Under the pieces are notes generated by a model. The model had not been told where the DNA came from and did no database searches. It worked only from the letters and a program-made list of their open reading frames with translations. A stretch of DNA of 61,610 nucleotides from Candidatus Methylomirabilis sp. GTDB lineage: Bacteria > Oederibacteriota > PGYV01 > DYJU01. Of this stretch, positions 21,182 to 31,634 are shown one piece after another (position 1 is the stretch's first letter; each line of letters opens with the position of its first letter). The translations under genes were made by a program, and so were the position numbers. The stretch spans positions 1-61,610 of the forward strand of contig DYJU01000002.1 in the NCBI GenBank assembly GCA_020722985.1, written 5' to 3'.

Positions 21182-22513
21182 TTATATTCTTCTTCCTTTT
21201 ATTCTTCCTGATTTCATAATGCCTTCATAATGTCGCATAAGAAGATGAGATTCAATCTGCTGGACAATATCAAGTGCAACCCCAACAACAATTAAAAGTG
21301 TTGTTCCACCAAAATACATTCCCAACTCCCATTCTTTGCCAATAAAATCTGGAACAATCGCAATAATTGTCACAAGTAAAGCACCGCCTAAAGTTATATG
21401 ACTCAAAATATCATTTATATATTCAGCTGTAGGTGCCCCAGGCCTTATTCCTGGTATAAACCCACCATATTTTTTCATATTTTCTGCGACATCCTTTGGA
21501 TTAAATGTAATTGCCGTATAAAAATAGCAAAAAAATATTATAAGCCCTGCATATAAAATAGTATAAATTATCTTACCTGGAGATAATAAATTTTCTATCC
21601 ACATTGTTATATTAGCAATTAAGCCGGTTGCCCCTGGCCTTTCTAAAAATTTTGCTATCATTGAAGGAAATATCATAACCGCGGATGCAAAAATAACTGC
21701 AATAACACCTGAATAATCTATCTTTAAAGGTAATTGAGTACTCTGCCCTCTATAAATTTTTCTACCAACTATTCTCTGGGCATACTGAACAGGTAATCTT
21801 CTATATGATTGCTGTGAAACAACAGCAAGACCAGTTAAAACTATTATAATAGCAACAAAAAATAAAACCTGAAACAATGATATGGATCCTGATTTTAAAA
21901 GCCCTATCATACGTCCTATTTCTATTGGTATTCTGGCTACAATCCCGGCAAAAATCAATGTTGACATCCCATTGCCTATGCCATGCTCTGTCATTTGCTC
22001 ACCTAACCACATTAGAAAAATTGTTCCTGCTGTTAAAGTTATAACTGTGGTAATTAAAAATAAAATATTATAATTTGGAACAATAGATAATTCGCCAACC
22101 CGTAATTGCCTTAACCAAAATGTAATACCAAGCGATTGAATGATGCAGATTAAAACTGTTAAATATCTTGTATACTGTGTTATTTTTTTTCTACCTATTT
22201 CTCCTTCTTTTGCAAGGGCTTCTAAAGTTGGAATTACCGCAGTTAATAATTGTATTATAATAGATGCTGAAATATATGGCATTATACCGAGTGAAAATAT
22301 GGTAAAATTTCTTAAAGCGCCACCTGAAAATAAATCATAAAAACCCAAAAATCCACCTGCTTCTGCCTGTATTAAATTATTCATTGCCTGAATATTTATC
22401 CCGGGCGTAGGTATGTGCGCACCTAATCTAAAAACAAAAATCATACCTAAAACAAAAAATATCCTTTTTTTTAATTCTGGTATTCTAAAAATATTTGTAA
22501 ACGAATCCATCAT
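21182..22513 (-). CDS. secY: Preprotein translocase subunit SecY.
   Basis: A 10-TM protein with the GIMPYISASII motif, at the spc-operon position. Confidence 0.95.
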   Translation of the reverse strand: MMDSFTNIFRIPELKKRIFFVLGMIFVFRLGAHIPTPGINIQAMNNLIQAEAGGFLGFYDLFSGGALRNFTIFSLGIMPYISASIIIQLLTAVIPTLEALAKEGEIGRKKITQYTRYLTVLICIIQSLGITFWLRQLRVGELSIVPNYNILFLITTVITLTAGTIFLMWLGEQMTEHGIGNGMSTLIFAGIVARIPIEIGRMIGLLKSGSISLFQVLFFVAIIIVLTGLAVVSQQSYRRLPVQYAQRIVGRKIYRGQSTQLPLKIDYSGVIAVIFASAVMIFPSMIAKFLERPGATGLIANITMWIENLLSPGKIIYTILYAGLIIFFCYFYTAITFNPKDVAENMKKYGGFIPGIRPGAPTAEYINDILSHITLGGALLVTIIAIVPDFIGKEWELGMYFGGTTLLIVVGVALDIVQQIESHLLMRHYEGIMKSGRIKGRRI

Positions 22514-22962
22514 TTTATAATCTCCACCTCTCCGCCTGCTTTTTTTATTTTTTCAACTGCACTTTTAGAAAATTTATGTGCTTTTATTTTTAAAGGTTTT
22601 AAAATATCGCCATCCGCATCCGCTAAAATTTTTATTTTTAATTCTTTATTTTTAATTAAATTTTTTTCAATTAAACTATCAATATCAACTGTAGCATTAG
22701 CATCAAATTTTTGATTTATATCTTTCAAATTTATTATTTTATACTCTTCTCTAAAAATATTTTTAAATCCTCTTTTAGGTAATCTTCTGACCAATCTTTG
22801 CTGACCACCTTCAAACCACGGTGGTTTCCTTCCGCCACTTCTTGCCCTCTGTCCTTTATGACCGCGTGCAGCTGTTTTTCCAGTTCCGCTTCCTGGACCA
22901 CGACCAACTTCTGTTTTTTTTCTTCTCTTTTTTCTATTTATTTTGAGTTCTTTAAATTGCAT
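22510..22962 (-). CDS. rplO: Ribosomal protein uL15.
   Basis: GRGPGSGTGKTAARGHKGQ. Confidence 0.95.
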   Translation of the reverse strand: MQFKELKINRKKRRKKTEVGRGPGSGTGKTAARGHKGQRARSGGRKPPWFEGGQQRLVRRLPKRGFKNIFREEYKIINLKDINQKFDANATVDIDSLIEKNLIKNKELKIKILADADGDILKPLKIKAHKFSKSAVEKIKKAGGEVEIIK

Positions 22963-22985
22963 AAATTTATTCCTCCGCAGAACAG

Positions 22986-23168
22986 TTAATTTTCTTCATT
23001 CACTTCAACCATATAAAATACTTTTTTTATCATACCTTCTATAGATTTATTTTTTTTAAAAATTTTTACATCTCCTGTTTTTTTAAGACCAAGAGCATTT
23101 ATTATTTTTATAATTCTTTTATCTTTGCCTGCCAATCCTCTTTTTAATTTAACTTTGAGTCTTGTCAT
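22986..23168 (-). CDS. rpmD: Ribosomal protein uL30.
   Basis: [15 protein letters not shown]...; the operon order supports it. Confidence 0.9.
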   Translation of the reverse strand: MTRLKVKLKRGLAGKDKRIIKIINALGLKKTGDVKIFKKNKSIEGMIKKVFYMVEVNEEN

Positions 23169-23658
23169 CCTGTTTCCCCTTTCTTAATAAAATTATCTTT
23201 TCGGGTACTTCCAATGTTGACAGCGCTTTAAAAGTTGCATAAACTACATTGAAAGGATTACTTGTCCTCCCAACGCATTTTGTTAATATATCGTGTATAC
23301 CAGCAGATTCAACAATTGCTCTCATTGTTGAACCGGCTATAACACCCGTCCCGGGAACTGCTGGTTTTAAAATGACTTTTGCAGCACCAAAATCTCCTGT
23401 AACTTCATAAGGTATTGTTGTTCCTTTTAAAGGTATTTTAATAAGATTTTTCTTTGCCCTTGAAGTTGCTTTTCTAATTGCATCAGGAACTTCCCTCGCT
23501 TTGCCAAGGGCATAACCTACTGAGCCATGCCCATCACCAACAACAACAAGCGCACTGAATTTAAAACGTTTTCCTCCTTTTACTACCTTTGCCACCCTGT
23601 TTATATGAACAATCCGTTCTTTTAAATCCATATTTTTCAAATCATTTTTTTCTTTCAA
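23149..23658 (-). CDS. rpsE: Ribosomal protein uS5.
   Basis: [27 protein letters not shown]. Confidence 0.95.
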   Translation of the reverse strand: MKEKNDLKNMDLKERIVHINRVAKVVKGGKRFKFSALVVVGDGHGSVGYALGKAREVPDAIRKATSRAKKNLIKIPLKGTTIPYEVTGDFGAAKVILKPAVPGTGVIAGSTMRAIVESAGIHDILTKCVGRTSNPFNVVYATFKALSTLEVPEKIILLRKGKQDDKTQS

Positions 23659-23684
23659 AAAAATCCTCCTTTAATTATTTTTAT

Positions 23685-24059
23685 CTAAAATTTTAATCCA
23701 GATTCTCTTGCAGAATCTGCAAAGGATTTAACAACTCCGTGATATTTATAACCGCCGCTATCAAATACAACATTAACTATTCCTTTTTCTTTACATTTTT
23801 GTGCAACTATTTTTCCTAATTCAATAGCTCCATGTTTATTATTCCCTTTAATTTTATCTTTAACCTCTTTTGAATTTGTTGCAATACCAAACAAAGTTCT
23901 ATTTTCACTATCATCTATAACCTGTGCATAAATTGTTGTACTTCCTTTAAATATACATAAACGCGGTTTTTCTTTTGTTCCAAATATCTTTTTTCTTATT
24001 CTTAAATGCCTTATTATTCTCTTTGCATTTTTTTCTAAAGTTTTCTTTTTAATCCTCAT
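23685..24059 (-). CDS. rplR: Ribosomal protein uL18.
   Basis: RLCIFKGSTTIYAQVIDD...VFDSGGYKYHG. Confidence 0.94.
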   Translation of the reverse strand: MRIKKKTLEKNAKRIIRHLRIRKKIFGTKEKPRLCIFKGSTTIYAQVIDDSENRTLFGIATNSKEVKDKIKGNNKHGAIELGKIVAQKCKEKGIVNVVFDSGGYKYHGVVKSFADSARESGLKF

Positions 24060-24085
24060 TTTATAAAATATCCTCCAAATTTAAT

Positions 24086-24658
24086 TTATTTTCCCCCAGC
24101 ACCTGTTGCCGCAACACTTTTCCCAACTTTTCTTCTTATTCTCTCGCCTTCGTATAATATTCCTTTACCCTGATATGGTTCTACTCTTTTAATATCTCTT
24201 ATTTGAGCCGCTACTAAACCAACAAGTTGTTTATCTATACCTGAAACTATAATTTTAAAAGTTTTATTAACTTCTTCTAATACAACTTTAACACCTTTGG
24301 GAATCTCATAAATAAAAGGATGAGATAATCCAACAGAAAAATTCAATTTACTGCCTTGAAGTTGTACTTTATAACCAGTTCCCTGTAATATAAGTGATTT
24401 TACATATTCATTCAACACACCTTTTATTTTATTGTTTAAAATTACTCTTTGAAGTCCATAAAAAGATTTAATCTTCTTATCCATTTCTTTTACTTTCGGA
24501 ACTATCTGTATCTGTTTATTTTCTATAATATAATCAAAATTATCATTTGTTTCAAATTCTGTTTTCCCTTTTGGTCCTTCAATTCTCAGAATTTTCTCTT
24601 CTTTTAATATTTTTATACTATCTGGAATTTCTATAATCTTTTTACCTATCCTGGACAT
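24086..24658 (-). CDS. rplF: Ribosomal protein uL6.
   Basis: MSRIGKKIIEIP...EPYQGKGI. Confidence 0.94.
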   Translation of the reverse strand: MSRIGKKIIEIPDSIKILKEEKILRIEGPKGKTEFETNDNFDYIIENKQIQIVPKVKEMDKKIKSFYGLQRVILNNKIKGVLNEYVKSLILQGTGYKVQLQGSKLNFSVGLSHPFIYEIPKGVKVVLEEVNKTFKIIVSGIDKQLVGLVAAQIRDIKRVEPYQGKGILYEGERIRRKVGKSVAATGAGGK

Positions 24659-24675
24659 ATTATAATCTCTCCTTT

Positions 24676-25068
24676 TTACCAGATTTCACAAATTATTTCG
24701 CCGCCTAAATGCATTTCTCGTGCAGATTTATCTGTCATAATACCTTTTGGTGTTGATAAAATCAAAATTCCAATGCCACTTTTAATTTTAGGTATTTTAT
24801 CTGCCTTTACATAAATTCTTCTTGATGGCAAACTTATTTTCCTTAAACTATTAATAATTCTCTTTTTATTATTATTTGCATATTTTAAATATACCCTTAT
24901 TATTCCTTGCTTATTATCTTCTATATATTTATATCCTTTGATAAAACCTTCTTCTTTTAATAATTTTACTATATTTTGTTTTATTTTTGATGAAGGCATA
25001 TCTACACTTTCTTTAAATCTCAAATTTGCATTTCTTATTCTTGTTAACATATCAGCAATTGGATCCAT
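24676..25068 (-). CDS. rpsH: Ribosomal protein uS8.
   Basis: [14 protein letters not shown]... Confidence 0.95.
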   Translation of the reverse strand: MDPIADMLTRIRNANLRFKESVDMPSSKIKQNIVKLLKEEGFIKGYKYIEDNKQGIIRVYLKYANNNKKRIINSLRKISLPSRRIYVKADKIPKIKSGIGILILSTPKGIMTDKSAREMHLGGEIICEIW

Positions 25069-25077
25069 ATTTCCTCC

Positions 25078-25263
25078 TTACCAGCTTGCTTTTCTAATAC
25101 CAGGGATTTCGCCTCTGTATGCTAATTCTCTAAAACAAATCCTGCATAAACCAAATTCTCTCATATAGCCGCGTGGTCTTCCACATAAAAAACAACGATT
25201 TCTTTGTCTAATTTTATATTTGGGTTTTCTTTTTGCTTTATTAATTATTGCGAGTCGTGCCAC
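25078..25263 (-). CDS. rpsN: Ribosomal protein uS14, zinc-binding type Z (61 aa).
   Basis: [25 protein letters not shown]. Confidence 0.94.
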   Translation of the reverse strand: MARLAIINKAKRKPKYKIRQRNRCFLCGRPRGYMREFGLCRICFRELAYRGEIPGIRKASW

Positions 25264-25282
25264 AATATCCTCCTCTTTCTAT

Positions 25283-25828
25283 TTATTTCTTTCTAAAGGG
25301 TAAACCTAAATTCTGAAGTAATAAAAATGCATTTTCATCATCTTTAGCATTTGTCACAAAAGTTATATCCATACCAAGAATCTGAATTATCTTGTCATGT
25401 TTGATTTCTGGGAAAATAATATGTTCTTTAATTCCAAGAGTATAATTACCCCTCCCATCAAATGAATTCCTTGGGATACCGTTAAAATCTCTTACCCTCG
25501 GTAATGCTATTGAAATCAATCTATCTAAAAACTCATACATTCTTTCTCCCCTTAAAGTTACTTTACAACCAATTGGCATATTTCCCCTTAATTTAAAAGC
25601 AGAAACTGAACTTTTTGCTCTTGTTATTACTGGCATTTGTCCTGATATCATTTTAAGATCTTCAACAGCTTGATCTAAAATCTTAATATTCTGGGTTGCT
25701 TCACCAACCCCCATATTAATAACTATTTTTTCAAGTTTAGGAACCTGATACCTATTTTTATAGCCTTTTTCCTGCGTTATGCTTTTTACAACTTCTTTTT
25801 CATATTTTTCTTTTAATCTTGCAACCAT
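25283..25828 (-). CDS. rplE: Ribosomal protein uL5.
   Basis: [16 protein letters not shown]...; the operon order supports it. Confidence 0.95.
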   Translation of the reverse strand: MVARLKEKYEKEVVKSITQEKGYKNRYQVPKLEKIVINMGVGEATQNIKILDQAVEDLKMISGQMPVITRAKSSVSAFKLRGNMPIGCKVTLRGERMYEFLDRLISIALPRVRDFNGIPRNSFDGRGNYTLGIKEHIIFPEIKHDKIIQILGMDITFVTNAKDDENAFLLLQNLGLPFRKK

Positions 25829-25846
25829 CTTTACTTTTATCCTCCT

Positions 25847-26170
25847 TTACTTACTCTCATCTATCATTTCATTGCATTTTTTACAAATTCTAACTCTTTT
25901 ATCACCATATTGTCCAATTTTTACTTTTGTTTTTTTGCCACATTTATTACATATAAGCATTACATTCGCTATTGAAATAGGCGCTTCCTTTTCAATAATA
26001 CCTCCCTGTTTGACTTTTTGAGTAGGTCTACTATGTCTTTTCACAAAATTTACCTTTTCAACTATAACTTTTCTTAATTTTGGAAAAACTCTTAAAACTT
26101 TCCCGCTTTTGCCAAAATCGTTACCTTTTATAACTGTTACTATGTCGTTCTTTTTAATTTTTACTTTCAT
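25847..26170 (-). CDS. rplX: Ribosomal protein uL24 (KOW domain plus a CxxC...CxxC ribbon, Thermus-type).
   Basis: KKNDIVTVIKGNDFGKSGKV...CNKCGKKTKV...RICKKC. Confidence 0.94.
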   Translation of the reverse strand: MKVKIKKNDIVTVIKGNDFGKSGKVLRVFPKLRKVIVEKVNFVKRHSRPTQKVKQGGIIEKEAPISIANVMLICNKCGKKTKVKIGQYGDKRVRICKKCNEMIDESK

Positions 26171-26184
26171 TACTTTTTTCTCCT

Positions 26185-26553
26185 TTAAACAACTTCTGGT
26201 GCAAGTGAAATAATTTTCAGGAAATTTTTTTCTCTTAATTCTCTTGCTACTGGTCCTAAGATTCTTGTTCCACGCGGTTGTAATTGATCATTTATTAATA
26301 CCGCTGAATTATTATCAAATCTTACATAGGTGCCATCTTTTCTTCTAATTTTCTGTTTCACCCTCACTATAACCGCTTTTACAACATCTTTTTTCTTAAC
26401 TTCAGCGTCTGGTAATGCATCTTTTACAGATGCAACAATAACATCGCCAATGGTTGCATACCTTGCGCGTGTGCCACCTAAAACCTTAATACACATTATA
26501 ACTTTTGCGCCCGAATTATCCGCAACTTCTAATTTAGTTTGTACCTGAATCAT
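26185..26553 (-). CDS. rplN: Ribosomal protein uL14.
   Basis: [17 protein letters not shown]. The start ATG at 26553 follows GGGAG. Confidence 0.95.
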   Translation of the reverse strand: MIQVQTKLEVADNSGAKVIMCIKVLGGTRARYATIGDVIVASVKDALPDAEVKKKDVVKAVIVRVKQKIRRKDGTYVRFDNNSAVLINDQLQPRGTRILGPVARELREKNFLKIISLAPEVV

Positions 26554-26875
26554 CTTTTTCACTCCCATTATCAATTTCTATTTCATCTTTTTTCAATTCT
26601 ATATTTGGTTGTTGATTTTTCTTTATTATCTTTACTAACAGCCAATTCTTTTTCTTACTTATTGGTCTTACTTCTTTTATTAAAACTATATCACCAACAT
26701 TGCATTCTTTCTTCTCATCATGAACCATAAGTTTAGTAGTTTTTCTTATATATTTTCCATATAATGGATGTTTGATAAACCTATTAATAGCAACAATTAT
26801 TGTTTTATCCATTTTATTGCTTATAACTTTACCTGTGAGAACTTTTCTATTATTCGTCTTTACTCCAGAATTCAT
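26534..26875 (-). CDS. rpsQ: Ribosomal protein uS17 (with a C-terminal extension that overlaps the rplN start by 20 nt).
   Basis: [30 protein letters not shown]. Confidence 0.93.
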   Translation of the reverse strand: MNSGVKTNNRKVLTGKVISNKMDKTIIVAINRFIKHPLYGKYIRKTTKLMVHDEKKECNVGDIVLIKEVRPISKKKNWLLVKIIKKNQQPNIELKKDEIEIDNGSEKDDSGTN

Positions 26876-27090
26876 CCTTTAATTGCCTCCTTTTGTTTTT
26901 GTCTGCTTTTTTTTTCATTCATAATTGTCATTAATCTTGCTATATCCTTTTTAATAAATTTTATCTGATGAGTTTTTTCTAATTGCTTTGTTGATAATTT
27001 TACTTTTAATTTAAATAAATTTTCCTTTAATTCTTTTATCTTTCTTTCTATCTCTGCTTCTGTTAGGTCTCTTATCTCTTGCGGTTTCAT
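26872..27090 (-). CDS. rpmC: Ribosomal protein uL29.
   Basis: [29 protein letters not shown]. Confidence 0.92.
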   Translation of the reverse strand: MKPQEIRDLTEAEIERKIKELKENLFKLKVKLSTKQLEKTHQIKFIKKDIARLMTIMNEKKSRQKQKEAIKG

Positions 27091-27112
27091 TTAATTCCTC
27101 CAGCGATTTAAC

Positions 27113-27526
27113 TTATTTATCATATCTATGTATAAATTTTGTTTTTATAGGTAATTTAGCCGCTGCACTTTTAAAAGCATCTTCTGCGATATCAAGTGCA
27201 ACACCGCCCAATTCAAATAAAATCCTGCCGGGTTTTACAACAGCAACCCAGTATTCAGGCATCCCTTTTCCTTTACCCATTCTCGTCTCTGCAGGTTTTT
27301 TAGTAAAAGGTTTATCAGGAAAAATTCTAACCCATAATCTCCCACCTTTTTTTAACATTCTATTTATTGCGACGCGAGCTGCTTCTATCTGTTTAGCTGT
27401 TATCCACGCTGGTTCCAATGCTTTCAAACCATATTCGCCAAAATTTACTTTATTGCCACTTGTTGCGATTCCTTTCATTCTTCCTCTTTGCTGTTTTCTA
27501 TATTTAACTCTTGCCGGCATTAACAT
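27113..27526 (-). CDS. rplP: Ribosomal protein uL16.
   Basis: [19 protein letters not shown]. Confidence 0.96.
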   Translation of the reverse strand: MLMPARVKYRKQQRGRMKGIATSGNKVNFGEYGLKALEPAWITAKQIEAARVAINRMLKKGGRLWVRIFPDKPFTKKPAETRMGKGKGMPEYWVAVVKPGRILFELGGVALDIAEDAFKSAAAKLPIKTKFIHRYDK

Positions 27527-27531
27527 TTTTC

Positions 27532-28188
27532 TTACTCCTTATTAACCTTTTTATTATTTCCTATTTTTTCACCTTTAAAAACCCATACTTTAATCCCTAT
27601 TGTCCCATAGGTAGTTTTAGCAACTTCAAAACCATAATCAATATCTGCTCTTAACGTTTGTAAAGGAACTCTACCAGAAACGTACCATTCTTCTCTTGCT
27701 ATTTCTGCTCCTTGCAATCTGCCAGAAACGCAAACTTTGATACCCTGAGCGCCTCCTTCTGCTTCCATTGCTGATTGTATTGCCTTTTTCATCGCTCTTC
27801 TGTATAATACTCTTTTTTCAATTTGCCTGGCTATATTATCAGCTATGAGTTGAGCATCAATTTCAGGTTTTACAACTTCAACCGGTTCAATGAGAATTTG
27901 TTTTTTTGTGATTTCTTCTAATCCTTTTTTTAGTTCTTCAACTTCTATTCCTTTTCTTCCAATTATCATTCCGGGTTTAGATGTATGTATTCTTATAATT
28001 GCTTTACTACCTGCTCTTTCTATTTCTACTTTTGCCACGCCTGCATTTTTTAGATTTTCTTTTATATGTTTTCTTATCATCTGATCTTCCATTAAAAATT
28101 CCTTAAAATTTTTTTTGGAAACCCATCTTGACTTCCAGTTTTTGTTTATACCTAATCTTAAACCTTCGGGATGTACCTTTTGACCCAT
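27532..28188 (-). CDS. rpsC: Ribosomal protein uS3.
   Basis: [22 protein letters not shown]. Confidence 0.96.
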   Translation of the reverse strand: MGQKVHPEGLRLGINKNWKSRWVSKKNFKEFLMEDQMIRKHIKENLKNAGVAKVEIERAGSKAIIRIHTSKPGMIIGRKGIEVEELKKGLEEITKKQILIEPVEVVKPEIDAQLIADNIARQIEKRVLYRRAMKKAIQSAMEAEGGAQGIKVCVSGRLQGAEIAREEWYVSGRVPLQTLRADIDYGFEVAKTTYGTIGIKVWVFKGEKIGNNKKVNKE

Positions 28189-28191
28189 AGT

Positions 28192-28551
28192 TTATTTGCT
28201 CCTTACTGTTTTATTATCAGTAACAATCACGGTAATGTGCGATGTCCTTTTATGTATCTGAGATGCTCTGCCAAACGCCCTGGGGATAAATCTTTTTGCA
28301 TATTTTAATACAGACCCTGAATCAATTATAATGTCTTTTATATATAATTTATCAATATCAACTCCGAAATTTTTTGTTGCATTATTAATTGCTGATTTTA
28401 AAACTTTGCTTAAATGCAGTGAGGCAGCTTTATTAATAAATTTTAATTTAGTTAGAGCTGTATTTACATCTGTCCTTTTTATTGTATCAGCAACCACTCT
28501 AATTTTTTTCGGTGACATTCTTAAAAATCTTATTTTAGCTTTTGCTTCCAT
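28192..28551 (-). CDS. rplV: Ribosomal protein uL22.
   Basis: RFLRMSPKKIRVVADTIK... Confidence 0.94.
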   Translation of the reverse strand: MEAKAKIRFLRMSPKKIRVVADTIKRTDVNTALTKLKFINKAASLHLSKVLKSAINNATKNFGVDIDKLYIKDIIIDSGSVLKYAKRFIPRAFGRASQIHKRTSHITVIVTDNKTVRSK

Positions 28552-28570
28552 TTTAACTCCTTTTATCTAC

Positions 28571-28852
28571 TTATGTCTTTTCTGTTGATTCTTTTTTATG
28601 TTCGCCATGCGCTTTGAAAATCCTCGTTAGCGAAAACTCCCCAAGTTTATGTCCCACCATATTTTCTGTGACATAAACAGGAACAAATTTTTTTCCATTA
28701 TGAACAGCAAATGTTAAACCAACCATCTCTGGTGATATAGTTGATCTTCTTGACCAAGTTTTAATTACTTTTTTCTCACCGGCATTTACCATTCTTAAAA
28801 CTTTATCTAGAAGTTTCTGGTCTATATACGGCCCTTTTTTTGAAGACCTCAT
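28571..28852 (-). CDS. rpsS: Ribosomal protein uS19.
   Basis: [15 protein letters not shown]...[24 protein letters not shown]. Confidence 0.96.
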   Translation of the reverse strand: MRSSKKGPYIDQKLLDKVLRMVNAGEKKVIKTWSRRSTISPEMVGLTFAVHNGKKFVPVYVTENMVGHKLGEFSLTRIFKAHGEHKKESTEKT

Positions 28853-29691
28853 ATCTGACCTCCTGCCTGATTCCTATGCATTATAATATATTTATTTGAA
28901 TATTTTTTCTTATTTCTTGTTTTAAAACCTTTTGCTTTAATTCCTGTTGGAGATCTTGGATGCTCACCACTTTTAGATTTCCCTTCTCCTCCACCCATTG
29001 GATGGTCAACAGGATTCATAACAATTGCTCTAGTTCGGGGTTTTATACCCATCCACCTTGACCTCCCTGCTTTTCCTATAACTATATTTTCATAATCAGG
29101 ATTTCCTACCTGTCCAACTGTTGCCATACAATCTAAATGAATTTTTCTTATTTCATTTGAAAAAAGTTTAACTATTGCATAATTCCCTTCTTTCCCCATT
29201 ATTTGAACAAAAGAACCAGCACTTCTTGCAACCTGACCACCTTTACCAGGTATCAGTTCAACATTATGCACAACTGTCCCTACTGGAATATTTCTTAAAG
29301 GCAAAGCATTTCCGATTTCTATTTCAGCTTCTTTTGAACTTATAACTTTGCTGCCCACATTTAGTCCAAGCGGTGCTATAATATATCTTTTTTCTCCATC
29401 TTTATATTTAATCAATGCAATTCTTGCATTACGATTTGGATCATATTCAATAGTTTCAACAATACCAGGAATATCCTTTTTATCTCTTTTAAAATCAATT
29501 ATTCTATATACTTTGCGGTGACCACCACCTCTGAATCTTGATGTGATTCTACCAAGATTATTTCTACCAGAAGATTTTTTTATACCTTTGGTCAATCTTT
29601 TTTCTGGTTTTTCTCTGGTTATATCTTCCTTGGTATCTACCGTCATCTGTCTTCTTGACGGCGTAACTGGATCTAATTCTTTTATAGCCAT
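28849..29691 (-). CDS. rplB: Ribosomal protein uL2.
   Basis: [15 protein letters not shown]. Confidence 0.97.
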   Translation of the reverse strand: MAIKELDPVTPSRRQMTVDTKEDITREKPEKRLTKGIKKSSGRNNLGRITSRFRGGGHRKVYRIIDFKRDKKDIPGIVETIEYDPNRNARIALIKYKDGEKRYIIAPLGLNVGSKVISSKEAEIEIGNALPLRNIPVGTVVHNVELIPGKGGQVARSAGSFVQIMGKEGNYAIVKLFSNEIRKIHLDCMATVGQVGNPDYENIVIGKAGRSRWMGIKPRTRAIVMNPVDHPMGGGEGKSKSGEHPRSPTGIKAKGFKTRNKKKYSNKYIIMHRNQAGGQI

Positions 29692-29694
29692 TCC

Positions 29695-29982
29695 TTATAC
29701 TCCTTCTATTATTTCTATTTTTTCCTGAGACTTTATCTTTATATATGCTTTTTTAAATTTTTTAGCAGCTGAAATTGACCTGCCAAATCTTTTGCTTTTA
29801 CCGGGTAAAACAACTGTTTTTACATCTAAAACATGGACCTTGAATATTTCTTCAATTGCTTTTTTTATCTCTGTTTTTGTAGAATTTTTATCTACTTCAA
29901 AAGAATAATAATTACCTTTCTCTTTAATAAAAGTACCTTTTTCTGTTATCAAAGGTCTTTTTACGATTGCATATGCATCCAT
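29695..29982 (-). CDS. rplW: Ribosomal protein uL23.
   Basis: Position between rplD and rplB, and LITEKGT...FEVDKNSTKTEIKKAIE. Confidence 0.92.
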   Translation of the reverse strand: MDAYAIVKRPLITEKGTFIKEKGNYYSFEVDKNSTKTEIKKAIEEIFKVHVLDVKTVVLPGKSKRFGRSISAAKKFKKAYIKIKSQEKIEIIEGV

Positions 29983-29983
29983 T

Positions 29984-30619
29984 TTAATTGAACCTCGCCA
30001 ATAATTTTTCTACAGCGTTTTTAGTTATTAAAATTTTATTATATATAAAAAGGTCATAAACATTAACTTCAGAAGCCTTTGTGATCTTAAGCCACTTAAT
30101 ATTCTTAACAGGTCTTATAACTGAAGAATCTGTCTTTTCAAGTATCAATAATGTTTTTTGATTATCTGCAATAAACCTGTTAAGAATCGTTGCTGCTGTT
30201 TTTGTTTTATTTTCAGTTAAACTGAATTCATTTAATAAAATTATATCATTAGTTTTTACTCTTTTCGCTAAAATTGCCTGTAGAGCTTTTTTATTTTCTA
30301 TTTTATTAACTTTATACCTTACTTTATGAGCACGTGGACCAAAAGTTACACCGCCACCTTTCCAGATAGGCGACCTTATACTACCATGTCTTGCTCTGCC
30401 TGTTCCTTTCTGCCTCCATGGTTTCCTTCCGCCTCCTGAAACTTCTCCTCTTGTTTTTGTATGGGCTGAACCTATATGCTGATTATTTAAATAAGCAAGC
30501 AAAACATTGTGCAATAAGTCATCTTTTACTTTAACATCTAAAATTTTATCATCTAATTCAAATTCTTCTACTTTTTTATTTTCCATATCAAATACATTGA
30601 GTTTCATTTTTTTCTCCAT
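29984..30619 (-). CDS. rplD: Ribosomal protein uL4.
   Basis: GGGRKPWRQKGTGRARHGS. Confidence 0.95.
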   Translation of the reverse strand: MEKKMKLNVFDMENKKVEEFELDDKILDVKVKDDLLHNVLLAYLNNQHIGSAHTKTRGEVSGGGRKPWRQKGTGRARHGSIRSPIWKGGGVTFGPRAHKVRYKVNKIENKKALQAILAKRVKTNDIILLNEFSLTENKTKTAATILNRFIADNQKTLLILEKTDSSVIRPVKNIKWLKITKASEVNVYDLFIYNKILITKNAVEKLLARFN

Positions 30620-30623
30620 AATA

Positions 30624-31283
30624 TTAATTATCTTTTTTGCTTTTTCTTATTAAAACTATTTGATTATTATTTCCAGGGACAGCACCTTTAACTAACATAA
30701 ATTTATTTTCAATATCAACCTTTTCAACATTTAAATTCAATACAGTAAATTTTCTTCCGCCCATTCTCCCAGCCATTTTTTTATTTTTTAAAACCCTCGC
30801 AGGGAAAGTATTAGAACCGATACTACCGGGTCTTCTATGACTCATGGAACCGTGACTTGCTCTGCCACCTTTAAAACCCCATCTTTTCATAACACCTTGG
30901 GTTCCTTTTCCCTTTGTAATTCCTACAATATCAACTTTTTTATTTTCAAATTCTCTAAAAATTTCTATTGTAATAACATCTCCTATTTTATATTTATCAA
31001 TGTCTTCTTTATCAACTTTTATCTCTTTTAGAGTTTTTTTAAAAGGGAAATTAATATTTTTCTTTTCATTTTTAAAAATACCTTTTATGGGTTTGCTTAA
31101 ATTTTTAGGTTTTACATTATCACCAAAACCAATTTTTAAAGCATTATACCCCTCTTTTTCTTCTATTTTTTTATCAACAACTAAAGAATCCTCAACTTTT
31201 ATAACAGTAACAGGAATAGCTTCCCCTTTTTTATTAAAAATCTGTGTCATTCCTATTTTCTTTCCAAATAAATTTTGTATCAA
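30624..31283 (-). CDS. rplC: Ribosomal protein uL3.
   Basis: GKKIGMTQIF...GKGTQGVMKRWGFKGG. Confidence 0.95.
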   Translation of the reverse strand: MIQNLFGKKIGMTQIFNKKGEAIPVTVIKVEDSLVVDKKIEEKEGYNALKIGFGDNVKPKNLSKPIKGIFKNEKKNINFPFKKTLKEIKVDKEDIDKYKIGDVITIEIFREFENKKVDIVGITKGKGTQGVMKRWGFKGGRASHGSMSHRRPGSIGSNTFPARVLKNKKMAGRMGGRKFTVLNLNVEKVDIENKFMLVKGAVPGNNNQIVLIRKSKKDN

Positions 31284-31307
31284 AGTTAAACCTCCATAAA
31301 AATCTAA

Positions 31308-31622
31308 TTACAATTTTATCTCAACATCAATACCTGCTGGTAAATCGAGATTTTTTAATTTCTCCACAGTATCATTATTTGGTTCAACGATATCAATTAA
31401 TCTTTTATGTATTCTCATTTCAAACTGTTCTCTTGATTTTTTATCTATATGAGGCGACCTTAAGATTGTATATTTATGTTTTTGCGTTGGAAGAGGTATA
31501 GGACCAAAAACTTTTGCACCTGTTTCTTTAACTTTTTTTATTATATCAGTAACAGATTTATCTAAAAGTTTATGGTCATATGCTTTTAATCTTATTCTGA
31601 TTTTCTGAGTTTCTATTTGCAT
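31308..31622 (-). CDS. rpsJ: Ribosomal protein uS10.
   Basis: [14 protein letters not shown]...[17 protein letters not shown]. Confidence 0.96.
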   Translation of the reverse strand: MQIETQKIRIRLKAYDHKLLDKSVTDIIKKVKETGAKVFGPIPLPTQKHKYTILRSPHIDKKSREQFEMRIHKRLIDIVEPNNDTVEKLKNLDLPAGIDVEIKL

Positions 31623-31634
31623 TTTTTGCTCCTC